Shown here one piece after another: positions 11,975 to 25,204 of a DNA stretch of 64,000 nt. This DNA comes from Antedon mediterranea (Eukaryota > Animalia > Echinodermata). How positions within the stretch are numbered: position 1 is the stretch's first letter; every line of letters begins with the position of its first letter. The stretch lies in assembly GCF_964355755.1 (NCBI RefSeq), contig NC_092672.1:2108001-2172000 (forward strand), written 5' to 3'. The translations under genes and the position numbers were made by a program. The notes below the pieces were generated by a model. That model was given only the letters and a program-made list of their open reading frames with translations, made no database searches and had not been told where the DNA came from.

Positions 11975-14900
11975 TTGATTTAAACAAAAATATGCATTAT
12001 TTTATTTTGTGCTTTTATACAGTCTGCATGATTTCAAATGAAAATTGGATTTAATATAATCATAGAGATAATAATATAATCATAGAGATATGTATCTCTA
12101 TGATATAACATTTTGTAATACTTGTAAGGTACTGAGGCCCATAAAAGTTATAGAATAGCAATATATGTATTGTACATAACAAATTAAAAAAATAAAAAAT
12201 GATGTAAAGTAAAAGAAGTTTGAGAAAGATCACATGTTCCCTCTTTTAGCAGAATTTTTGTAATGAATTCACCCAATACATAAGTAGTATCATGTGTAGC
12301 GGCAATAAACATCAACGTTACTATTTAGAAGTTAGGTGCTAATGGTATAGGCCTGTTTCAGCCAGCAGACACGATACTGCAGAGCGTTTATTGGTGCTAG
12401 ACATGATACTATATGATAATCGACTGAAATGTTCTTCATTAGTATCAATTGGTTATCTGCACTTTGCGGATACCACTTGTGATTGTCAAAGATCATCTTT
12501 AAAAAAAAATTATTTTTAGTGTCATTATTTATACATATTTCATTTTTATACCTGGTTTGAATTCGCCATGATTAAGTTGATCAATTCTGATGGCATGCTT
12601 ACAGACGTTGCACGTTGTTTTAATAGGTTATATTATATTTAATATGTAAATTATACCAGAAAATAAAAAAGAATTTATTTATAAGAATAAGCAATATATT
12701 GTTCGTTCAATCGATCGTGGTAAAATACGCTGCATTGTTGCGAATTCCTTTTTGTTTTCAGATTTGTGTTTAGTAAACAAACCGTTGTCAGAAAGCAAAC
12801 TTTAAAAGAGAACACGCATATAAAATTCAGTTTGTCAGTTTTAATTTATTTAAAAATTTCACAATGTATTAAGCTAGACCCACCGCTCGTAGGGCCCATG
12901 TCGAAATGGAAAAAGACTTCAATGAAATGTTTTTTATTCTCATGCCGTCTTCTAGTACCACGCCTTTCTTTGCATCCATCCACGATATAATTATCTCATC
13001 CGCTAGAAAAAAAACCAAAAACGCGACCGATTTCTTTGACAATGTACTTATGGATTTTTGAAAACCTAGGTAGTACTAGTTACGTAGGCTACGTCATGTT
13101 AATTTATTATGCAATTGCAGGGATATCGGGATGCGCCTCCTCACTGGAGATTCTCGAGTGTTGGCAGATAGGTCGTATTAAATCTAAATCTCCCTAATGA
13201 GTATTTTGTTTATTATAATCAATATATATAAACAGCAAACCGTTTACCGGAAATGTCTCTCTATTGGTTAAGAATCTCGGCAACCAGTCCATTGGTATAT
13301 AGGCCTATAGGTTATATTTAGGCCTATGGCGTTTTGTGCAATTAACGCACAATACATAGACAGATTCCTATTTAAATGATTGATCGTTTTCAGAAAACAA
13401 ATTCAATTATTCATTAATATTTATTCTCGGTTCATATTACTAAACTATTTAATTTAGACCCGATATCTTGCGTTGTCGATTGCACGCAACTCTGTTACTT
13501 TGTAAACAGTTCCAATTGAGTCTTTCTTTCAATTAACGGTAAAATTTCGAACGAAATATTAATCATCGATTGAATTTGAAATCCGAGACCGTTTTGCTAA
13601 GAACGAACAAATAATGTCATCACTTAATAATCAATTCAATGAAATGAATGTCTACTTGTGGTGTGCGTATTGATCATGAATTCTGGTCTTATGGTGTGGT
13701 AGCAGCAGGAAATAGAACATCCTTGGTTCATGCGCGCTCCTTCTCTCTAAAAATCTGTCTCACTAACTAGTTTGACAAAAAAAAACGTGTGATGTGCTCA
13801 AATATGGTAGTGATATTCCCAAATATGGTAGTAATATTCCCAAATATGCTAGTAATAATGACATCATCATGTTCATATATGGACACATCAAATGTTGTTG
13901 TCACATAAAGTTTGATAGTGTAGACAAGGCTTAAAGCTGTCTACACTATCAAACTAGTTTGACAAAAATGTGATGTGCACATGGTAGTAATATGACGTCA
14001 TCGTATCAATGGGCACATTACATTGTTTTGCCACTTAAATTGCTATAGTGTAGACAAAGCTTAAGACGAATGCTAATATACTGTTAGTGTTAGCAATATT
14101 TTTATCATGTCATCATGTTAGGTTGTATTATTGAAATTTAAAGCACTTTCGGCATTTTTAGAGGTCATTAAAGTTAAATCTCGCCCCTTGTGAAAACAAT
14201 CAATGTAGGGGGTAAGGTCGTCTGTGTGAATTAAGCTAAACAGATCCCAGTGTCCAACTTTTGACCCAATCACTTAAATTATTGAGCACATAAAAATATT
14301 TACGTATAACCGGACAGTAAGGGAAGCGGTAACCTCGTCCAACTGTGTTATTTTCGTTTTTTGCGTGGTATCAGTCAAAACCTCTATGCAGGAGGTAATC
14401 GTATTGTAATGAACACAATACTCTGACAGACACTTTAATTCCTTGTATATAGCCTAACACGTTACAATTATTCTATATTGAACAAAATGGTGTGGTTACT
14501 GACAATACAATGGGTTCACTTTTTAACCTCATTTAAATCTGTTTGTGACGTTTATTACGATTTAAAACGAATGTAGAAGATCAGATTTATAAATAACAAG
14601 AATAATTCCCATACGATGTGAATGGCCGATTAGGTTTGACATGTCAATCTTTCATCTATATTTCAACTCTAATATATAGTATACAGTAATCAAAAGGCTA
14701 AACAAAACAAAAATACAGTGGGCCGCATTTGATTTATTTATTTTAAAACAGTTGCAAAAGGCAAAACAGTCGAAGGAAAATGGCAAAAGGCTGGCTTCCT
14801 ACTTTCTAGGATTTTTATCAGATAATCTATATTGGTTGACAACTCTTGTAACATGACCACAGTGCTGATTTTGCCATTTTCCTCCTAACTGAAAATATAC

Positions 14901-15170
14901 AATTCAGTTACCATCAGTAAGGGTTGGGATAAAAAATGTGAACAATTGAATAAATATTTATGATAATGCCTAAAACCTGTTTGTTTTTATAAATTCATTT
15001 GGATAGTGTTTATTTTGAAAACCCTTACATTCGCTCATTATCCGTTTTAAACAAAGACTGAAGAATAACTTAACATCCAAATTTATCTATAATTGTAAAT
15101 CGGCTTACGTTAATCCATTACTTTTATTTTCACTATATTCATTAAACAACAATAGTTGTTAAACCAATTG

Positions 15171-15289
15171 TTTTTAGTCGCGTGCAACGCGACTCTACAG
15201 CTCACTATGTCGGTCGGTCGGTTGGTCGGTCGGTCGGTCGGTAAACACTAACTTGAGCACCCAACTGCAGCCATGTATATGGCCTTGTT
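15171..15289 (+). mobile_element. Helentron-associated interspersed element (HINE/DINE-1-like)
   Basis: T-rich 5' end, subterminal hairpin AGTCGCGTGCAACGCGACT, (GGTC)n microsatellite, and a 3' hairpin GCCATGTATATGGC followed by CTTGTT. Confidence 0.6.
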
Positions 15290-15328
15290 ACTTTGTTATG
15301 GGCTGACAACAATAGGCGACAGCAAAGC

Positions 15329-15360
<32 letters not shown>

Positions 15361-16470
15361 ATAGTAGAACTGCAATTAAAAAAAAAACCAATGCGCATGC
15401 GTATTGGTTGTCAAAGAAAACAATACAGGTTTTGACTTTCACTGTAAGCCTGATTGAATTGAATACAAAGTCTATGAAACACATGGCTAACTCGCTGGTA
15501 TATTCCCAGAATCAAAAGCTTAGTGATAAAACAGTATTAGAATCGGTAAAAATTGTGTGTCAAGTATGGCGCTGAAACAGCAGTGAAATGTTAAAGGGAG
15601 TTTCTAAAAGGTGTTTGAAGGAACAATTTTGGAAGCTACAGTAAATTTAAATTGATGCCGAAAGCCAGTAATTCATGGTTTGGAACTTACAATATAGCTA
15701 GATTTGATGGTGAAATAATTTGAAATCTAGTATTTGACAAGGTGTGGAAATTGCAGTACCTCAAATAAGTGCCGATGACCTAGTTTGTAAATTGTGTTGG
15801 AACATATTCATTATATTAGTGTTGATGTTGGGAGCGGAGTGAAATTGATGTTGAAGCCCCTTGATGGTTGGAAGGACATTAACAACTGATAGTTAGAATT
15901 GACATGGAAACGTAAATCAACTTTGTGTTATTTTAGATTTGAAAATCAAAGTAAACTTCGACTAGGTATTGAAGTCTAGTTGTGTTGGAACATTCATCAG
16001 TAATGGTGTTGTGAGCGGAGTAAAATTGATGTTGAAGTTTCCCATGAATAAAGAAGCTCAAACCGACAGAGTGTTGCAGAAAGTACAAAATCAAACCTGA
16101 ATTACAACACATGCTTGGTATTGTGTTGATTCTCATGAGAGAGAAAACCTTCCCCAGATAGCGACAGTTAAATCGCGTTTTCAAGGCTATAGATACTTGT
16201 AATATAATTTGCGATTATTTATTTTTACGTTCGTTTATGTTCTTGTAACCTAATTTGAGAACTAACCCATATACAGTACTTACCATATCGGCACTGAACT
16301 GGGAAAACGTATTGAAAGCGATTCTGACTTGTCTGATTTGTGTTGTTAATGATGCCTACTGTAGTTTGCAGATGAGTTGATCAAAAGCAATATGTAGGCC
16401 TATATTCATGTGTTACTTATAGCGAAATGTGAACGATATCTCCTCGTTGTGATGTAATTTATTCTTTACA

Positions 16471-19400
16471 ATGTCGTACTATAAAGCAATGCTAACAAGA
16501 GTTATCTTCACCCTGCATAGCCTGTTTGCAATATACATCGTAACTATTGTGACAGCCGACACGAGGTACTGGACGCTTGCTCTGGCGGTTGCCCCGCTCT
16601 TGATAGAATCAACCATCACGATTAATAAAAGAAAGGGCAAAGAATTGAAATGGTAAGAACTTATGTTTAATTTACAAATAGATTATTCTCTTAGTTGGGT
16701 CGATGGTTGTTGTGGAATGAATGTAGAAGAGTAGCAGTTTGTGAAAGAGTAAAATAAGCGTGTGAAAGAGAGGAAAATCGGTAAAGAAAAAAGGGTATTC
16801 TGTAATAAACTGGGTTGGTTATACTACGCAAATATCAGAATATTGCTTCTTCTGAGCTTAGGGTTCGACTATGACGCAACGCAATCGTTATCTTACTCCG
16901 TGAAGCTAGAAATGCTAAAGCTAGTTTTATAGTTCCATGCTAATCTCACTGTAGTTACAGTAGTAGCCCCAAGCCATGAAGAAATATTTATCCATGGTTT
17001 AACTAAGGTGTTTTAGTGTTTAGTGACTATGTTTAAGAAAGCCAGAATTTTGGGAAATGGCAAAATCTATCAAATCAGAGCACCGACCTATATTTATTTC
17101 TTTGATCTTAATATATCCACCGTGAATAACACTTCACTTAGTAATATATATCGGCCAGAGTAATGACCGATAAAAACCCTTCAAGTCGAGTACTCAATCG
17201 ATACGTCCACATAATGACCTCTGAGTGGACACTCAAAAGTCAATTGTACGGATAGGTGGTAACCACCAATATTGAACAATCGTAACTATATCTTACCGCT
17301 AGTATCGTTTATTAATCAATAGTTTCGTCATCCGTATATGTATACAGTATATAATAATCACTTTAATACTTTACTAAGTATTCACCCTCCTCAACCTCCC
17401 CCTCACCCCACCCCCCTAACCAACAAAAAAGAAACAAAACAAATACGCACACCATTTGTATAATTATTACCATATTCTTCCTTTTCTATAGATGATTTGT
17501 CAAATATATTTCAGTAACTTATTGCATTAATATAACACATAATACATACGATATTTACAAATTAATACATTTTACAAATAAAATGAATACGCGCCTTAGT
17601 TATAGGAAGAAGTATTCGACACCTCAATACGTATGAAATCCTCAAATGTTTCTAAAATATATACACTGAACAAAAATGATCGATACATAAGCAGAACAGT
17701 AATAAACAGATATAAGATTCAAGTTAAAATGAATTATCATCTCCTTAATTAACAGTAGGCCCTAATAGTCTAATAAAGTGTAAAAAATAAACAAAACAAA
17801 ACAAAACTCCTAGGTCTAGTCATTTATTTTATCTTTTTTTTGGATAGATTATTATATGAGTTTGTTTTGCAATTGCTGCAACCATATTTAAATTTATTTC
17901 ATTTATGACTATATCATCTGAGAAAGCCAATTGATTCGGCCATTTTAATTGACCGATAACAAACACATCATAGCACACGTTTTATGTTCAGTACCGTATA
18001 GTTATTATTGATTGTGATTAATAATGACGTTTTTAAATATTCCAAAATATACAAAGATGGTAATAAAAACACCTGATAACTCATAAAAACAGTTTAAAGT
18101 CAGATTATTACAGGCAACAGAAAATTTTTTTAAACGACCAGGCGTGAAAGTACAATTGGTTCCCACTAGAGACGCAACGCAAAGACGCAAGCGCAACGCA
18201 AGTAATTTGGCCAATCACGACGCCATGATTTATGACGATCCATCGTTCGTCGTACGGCCGGACGGATGCTTCAACAAGCATGAAAAAATAGAGAAAAAAA
18301 CTGTTCCATTTATGACAGAAAAAAAAAATCAAAGACAATAAAATAAGAATAGTCTAATTGTTCTGTTTGACTTTACTATTTTTTATTTATGATTGTAGAC
18401 ATTTATTTTATTTTAATAAGGAAAATATCACAAGTTATTAGTATTCTTGCTCTTCCGCGCGCGCGCGTACACAGATTTTGAACGCACTATCTTCCTATTA
18501 CCAGTTCGATTATCAACTGCGATTAACAATGTATTCATTAAAATACAATTTGTATCAGACTGATTCGTTATTGGATTCGACATTAGACCAAAGTAGAGCA
18601 ATATTATTATTGTATTGCACTAATTACAATGTAATGAAAGATAACAAAAACACGCGGAATCAAACTAAGAAAAAGTGTCAATTCATCGGTTTATAAAACT
18701 ATGTAAAATTAAAATGTATGCCTACCCGTTTACAGAAACTTAACATTGCTAATGCACATACCGTGCATCGGTGAGTGCGTCATCATAGTTTGAACGCGCA
18801 CGCGCACGCTTTCAAAGGTTGTCGGTGCAATTGGACGGACTGGTTCTAACACTATTAACCTCTGTCTGCACTATCATGGACTTGATGATGTTATATCATT
18901 ACCATATTTAAGCATATCACTACCATATTTGGGCACATCACTTTTTTCCAAACTAGTTTGATAGTGTAGACAGAGCTCTAGCCTTTGTAGGCCCACATTC
19001 AAATGTTTGTTTGGATCTGAGTAATGGGAATTTAAAATGAACAATATCAAGTATTTATGTATTCATTATGGCAATTAACACAGAACAAATTCAAACATTA
19101 TTGATTCGCTCCCAGCTCTAGGTATACATTGGCGTCAGCTTCATAATGTTCACATAATTACTGTCGTGTTTAATGAAATACAAATCATCATTAAATTAGC
19201 GTCATAATTAGAAGGAATATGAGAGCTATAATTATTACAGGCCTGGAAACCAAAAGAGAAACCATTTAAGCTCTGTGTACACTATCAATCTTTATGTGGC
19301 AACAAGAAACTGTGATGTGCCCATATATGGACACGATGACGTCATATTACTACCATATTTGGGCATATCACTACCATATTTGGGCATATCACTACCATAT

Positions 19401-22318
19401 TTGGGCACTTCACACTTTTTTTCAAACTAGTTTGATAGTGTAGACATACATTTAAAGCTCATAATCCCACTAGCGATATTTCGGATAATCCATCGCTTGT
19501 GATTGATCAACTTGCTTGCGTTGCGCTTACGTCATTGCGTTGCATCCTAGTGGAAACCGAGCTCGGAAGACAAGAGGCAAGTTATGTATGATATTTACGT
19601 AGTATCACTCAGTTTACTGAGTCACTCATTTCACGCGTACCGTCTTTTATACTATTCATTTTAACTGATAGCTGCTGTCATTCCACAACAAACTTTCATC
19701 CGACTAAATGTTCATTTTCTGCCAACATTGCATTCTTAGCGAACATTGAAATATTGTTACCCAATGAACAAGTGCATTAAGATAATTAGCGTTCACAATG
19801 TCGGTAAGAAGAACATAAATTGGTGCATTAATTGGCGTTGACATTAGACTGTTAGTAACAATAAAATGTTTTCATTAAAATCTAATAACAATACGACCAC
19901 ACTTTGTTTATACAAAGTGCTATCACTTAGCAACGTAATTTCTACTAGATATTTCAATTATTATTAATACCACGGATAAGTAATCTTAATAATTAGTATC
20001 TTGGTAATTACAGTTAATTGCTTTACGAAATTTATTTCTGAGGTTAATTGCAAGAAGTGCATGTAACTTGGTGTTTTTTTTCCATCTATTTTTTTCCACG
20101 AACAGAACATGCATGGATTAATTTGATATTTCTGAGGTTAATTACAAGCATTCAGGTAGCTTGGTGGTTTTTATTTTCCATCTATTTTTTCCACGAACAG
20201 AATAAAATTCATGAAAGATGCATGCATTATTTATACAAAAATAAAACTTCATTAAACCAATTATTAAAGATAGGTAAAATATTATTCCTGCAATTTTTGC
20301 CATTGCCATATGCCATTTTAAAGTCACATAATAGTTATTCACTTTGACCAGAAACTGGATAGAAAAAAAAATTATCTGAAAAAAATGTAATTTAAAGCAA
20401 AAAATACTTCAATATTCTGTCAGACCAGGGAAGAGTTATGTAATTTAACTCTTCCCTGGTCAGACAATGGTTTTTTTGGTTAAAATTAAACGTTTGTTTT
20501 GGTCTTTTTATAAGTGAAATAATATTTTTTATACATAAGTGAATAAGTGAACTGCAAAATGGCCTATTTATAGTCTGAATATATTAACCTTCATTTTTCA
20601 TATTTTTGGGGACAACACATCTTTAAATATCTTTGGTTGGTTTGGTCCCTGTATCTTTGGTACCCTATGTATTATACCGAGTGATCATTTCTATTTTTGT
20701 GTAGGGTGTGCCCAAGTGTATTTTTCTACCTGATGTCGGTAGTACCTATGTATTATACCGAGTGATCATTTCTATTTCTGTGTATAGGGTGTGCCCAAGT
20801 GTATTTTTCTACCTGATGTCGGTAGTACCTATGTATTATACCGAGTGATCATTTCTATTTCTGTGTAGGGTGTGCCCAAGCGTATTTTTCTACCTGATGT
20901 CTGTAGTACCATCTGTGTGGATTATGGAGGCTGAGTTGCTTGATCAAAGAAAAGCTGATTACATTACAAAGAACATGGAGTTTGAATTCAATCCGAACAG
21001 TTCGGTATCATTCTATAACCAACTGAAACAGGTAATGAAAACTTGTTATCGTAATTTAAAAGAACCAATATCAATAATTATTTAACAAAGATTTTTCTTT
21101 TTATTAGGATACTAAAGATACGTTCACTCTGAGCCTAGATTCGGTCACTTGGCCGGAGCAAACGTTGCTCAGTTACGTTTTTTGATCACACACGTGTTTT
21201 TGTACGCGGAATCCGGAGCGGATTGCGTTCGCGTTAGCGGTTTTACAGTATTCATAAACACCATATTATCCATTTTAAACGATTTTTTTATCCGGCGACG
21301 AACCAGAAACTGTGTTCTGTGGGAACGTAGCTTAAATATGGATATTTGATATTCGTGTAGAAATAGAAAATTGTGTAACTCATGCGTACCTAAAATGCAT
21401 TTTATTTTAATGAAAGATAGTAGATCTACCAAATGATTATCTCGCCGTCTATCCAGAAGAAATCAAGTAGTAGCAATTAATAAAAAGATATCTTTCTACA
21501 GTTTTACTTTTGTTATGAACAAGTAAGGTATAATAATAATAATAATCAATGTTGAAACATCTTTGTTTTCCCAGGCGACAGAAGACTTACAGGCCGAACG
21601 AACACAATTGGTTTTAGCTGTTGAACAGTTTCTCCCATTTGTTCTAATTGTTGGTCGATGGATACTACCCGCTGGTGCACTATCTCGCGACAAGCTATCC
21701 CAGTTACTTCTTGTGTACATAGGCCTAGCTGCAGACATCATCGAGTTCCTTGAAACTTACAAAGAAGACCCAGTCAAATTTAACGAACAGTTAATCTACG
21801 CCGTGTTAAGTCTCTGGACATGGAGTCTACTACAGTTTGTGTTTGTAGTTACCATGACAAGAGAAGCGCAAGACGCCATTGATAGTATCGAAGAAGAAGA
21901 AAAGAGGGTTAAAAAACAAAGACAATTAATTATTAATGATAGGACATGCTGCTGCTATAGTAAGAATAATGTTCATATTGATCCAAATATGAACTTAGAA
22001 GCAATACCTGGATTAATAATCCCACAAAGAATGAAAGATATTGAGATTGAAGACAACGAACCAAAGTGTCAGTGTTTGGAATCAGAGGTGTGGGGCATTG
22101 TTGTTACTCTGTGTTTACAAGACGTTCCATTCCTTATTCTTCGCCTAGTTCTCATCTGTCATTTCCGTGTATACAGCCGAACTAACGTTTTCTATTCGTT
22201 CAAGAACGCTCTCATGTTGTCATTACAAGTGTATAGACTAGCCGCATTACACCATGAACGCAATGAAATTCTTAAAACGGAACGCGAAGAAAGGCTAAAG
22301 TTGCTAGAAAGTTACTGA
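16471..22318 (+). CDS. TMEM26: TMEM26-like multipass membrane protein, copy A (3 exons, ~362 aa)
   Basis: Exons 16471-16652, 20869-21031 and 21575-22318 total 1089 nt in frame. Motifs TRVIFTLHS, KW/VCPSVFFYLMSVVPSVWIME, GRWILPAGALSRDKLSQLLLVYIGLAADIIEF, WTWSLLQF and LQDVPFLILRL match the TMEM26 family. Confidence 0.9.
20661..20910 (+). repeat. ~82-bp triplication of the TMEM26A exon 2 acceptor plus exon start
   Basis: AG acceptors end at 20704, 20787 and 20868, each followed by GGTGTGCCCAAG... Confidence 0.9.
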
Positions 22319-23397
22319 AAGAACAAATCGTTTGAATGTTAAGAACAATAAAGATGTCTATACACAATTTGAAAAATGTCATTTCTATTTATTATTAAAT
22401 CATTAGCAGTTGCTAAAGAAAAAATTATATACAAAATGTATCATACAAATATCTATATAAATTACTGTAATTTCCATTAGTATTACTATTAGTATAAAAA
22501 GTCCACAGCGCTGAAATTGGCGCTTTACAAATTCGTATATATTATTATTATTCGTATAATATATATTATTTATATTTTTATAAACGTGGTTACTTGGACG
22601 ATCTATATTTCTAATGTATATCGTATTTCCAATAATATGTTTATGTTTTTAGTAAACCTTTTCTCCATGGTAACCTTTTGAAAATGCATGTGATTCAATC
22701 AGTTTTCGTTTTTGTCCATAAGTTGGTAAATTGTTATTGCAAGGTTATCGTCTTTTTGATTGTTTCGATCCAGGGGGTATATCCGAAAAATTCTGTTTTA
22801 TCTTTTATTTTAATAGAAAATGTATTATCATGTGTTACAATTGTAGCGATTCGGTTGAGATCACTCCATTACGCAAATACTCTATTTATAACCTTCTATT
22901 CAGACGTATACCTTGTCTAAAGATGTATTCACACGAGGTAAAACACACTGGATATAAACGGTGTGAAACACACCTACAGTACACGTATTCACACACAGTT
23001 AAACTAAACAATGTTTTACTTTAAGTTTCACTGAAATCGTATTCTTATTTATAAGTTTTTATTTGTTTCCATATTACATAACGATGGGTACCACCCTTAT
23101 GAAAGCTGCAGAACTGAACGAATGCAAACTGTACAGATATATTTAAACTATAAAAATCATATATTTTGGTTTTCAATTGGATTTTTAATAATACCAGTAA
23201 TAGTAAAACATTTCATTAAGTTAGATATTTAATTAGTACATGTCTGGTGTAAAGCAATATCGTAGTGACGAAGGTATTCTGTTTGACAGTAAATGAATAA
23301 TAGTATGTTGACAGAAGCAGTAGGATCCCCGGTTATTAAATTAACTCAAAGCAATATATTGATGTCGAACGAATGTGATAAGATTTTTTGTAGACAT

Positions 23398-23749
23398 TAG
23401 AGAAAACTCCGTATCCATATACGTATGGGTAAAATTCGTGTACTACGTCACACATTCTGTGTATCGTGACATCTATACCGCGCATGATACCGATTTTCGA
23501 TTGTCGGATTGAATTTCACTCGTTTAAGATAAATTCAGTTAAACGCGGATGAGATCACATTTTACCAGCAAAGTTGATCATAAATTTTTCAAGAAAATTA
23601 GTTTTAGGAAAACCACAAAAAGTAAAAGTGCCATATATACCTATAGCCCTCATTGTAACATTATTTTGCTCATATTGAAAAAAAAAACTTATCCGTATAC
23701 GTTTTGGGACGTGGATACGTATGCGGCGTGAATTTTCCCAAACTCTCTA
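23398..23749. mobile_element. Putative MITE with imperfect inverted ends
   Basis: GTATCCATATACGTATGGGTAAA near the left end pairs imperfectly with TTATCCGTATACGTTTTGGGACGTGGATAC near the right end. Termini read TAGAG...CTCTA. Confidence 0.4.
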
Positions 23750-25204
23750 CAATCGTACGCATGCGTGTACTCGTGTCTGGTAAGTTGACAGTTTTTACCG
23801 CACTAACCGCACGTCGTTTGTTCTTTTCTTGTCCTACTAATGAATATGGATAGTCTGGATAACATATACAGTAATGCGTGTCTATGTTTTCATTAAAATG
23901 TTATTACCAAAATAACAGGTAATGAATGTCATTGTAACAATGACGTCAGATCTGATGCGTCGATTTATGGCATGATTGAAAAGCTTTTAATTCAAGAAAT
24001 TGTTTGTTACAACCCCGAATGAATTCTGACCGAAAGAAAATATTATCCATTATTATCGAACAATATATAAGACAGTTTCATAATATCGTAAACAGCATAA
24101 GTAGATGCGTGATTGATCAAAGAAACCGACAACGTCATCAAAATTTAAATATTACCCTTACCGTAGTATTGAATAATATGGTTATACTTATACTTATATA
24201 TACTTATATATATAAGTATATATAAGTATATATACTTATATATACTTATATATATATAAGTATATATACTTATATATACTTATATATACATATACTTATT
24301 GTTAATTCAACTTTTAAGAAGTTATAATTTCCCTAATATTGGTTGTTTTCAGTTATATGTTTAAAGCAAACATTACAAATAAGGCAATTTCCCTGTAACG
24401 AACTTCTGTATGGAATGAAATAAATAATTACGCATAGTAAACAGTAATATATTTATTTTTCTTCCTTAGGCCTATTTAAAAAGATAAAGGGGTAATTTTG
24501 TTGTCAATTTTGCATATCATTCATTATTAAATTCAGAACACATTGTGAAATGTATGATAACATTCACTTGACGTAACGACGCAGCATAATATGTCCTAAA
24601 AGAATTGATTGACGGAACCAATAAAAATAACGATTGCAAAAGAAAATCTTTTGTTCTTAATTTCAGTGTTTAAATATACTCTTAATATAATAATATATGC
24701 TTAAACACAAGTTATAGAAAAGTGTAACTCAGACAAAATGACAACGATGACGTAAGACCATCATAAAGCAGCATCCTTATTTGATACAATTTAAATACTC
24801 AGTTATTCGGTATTTTGTAAATTCATCGAGGCGTGACCAAGCTAGATGATACGGATGAACGGGCAACACTGTTGAGTGTTGTTGCGAGCAAAGCAAAGCA
24901 AACGCAACTTCTATGAAGACTAGTCAAGCTATACTAGAGACTAGACTCATGTCTCTTTTATGCGTCTAAAGAAAACCAACCTTTCAATTTTATATAAACA
25001 CAGGTAGGCTTTAGGTAAGTAAATGTTAAATTTGGTTGACACTGCACCGATGGAATCATCAGAGATTAGATTGTAATTGTGGTAATTTTTAATGTAGCGG
25101 CTTTTTAAAGATTAGTTAACATCGTCGTAAAATCAACGACATTATTTACTTTTTTAACTAACATTAAATTTGTTTCACTGTTGTTCACAGGTTCGTGATA
25201 TACA

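Noticed and set aside
15520-16030. Possible - strand LINE remnant or gene
   Set aside because: Too degraded, with no recognisable motif I can support.
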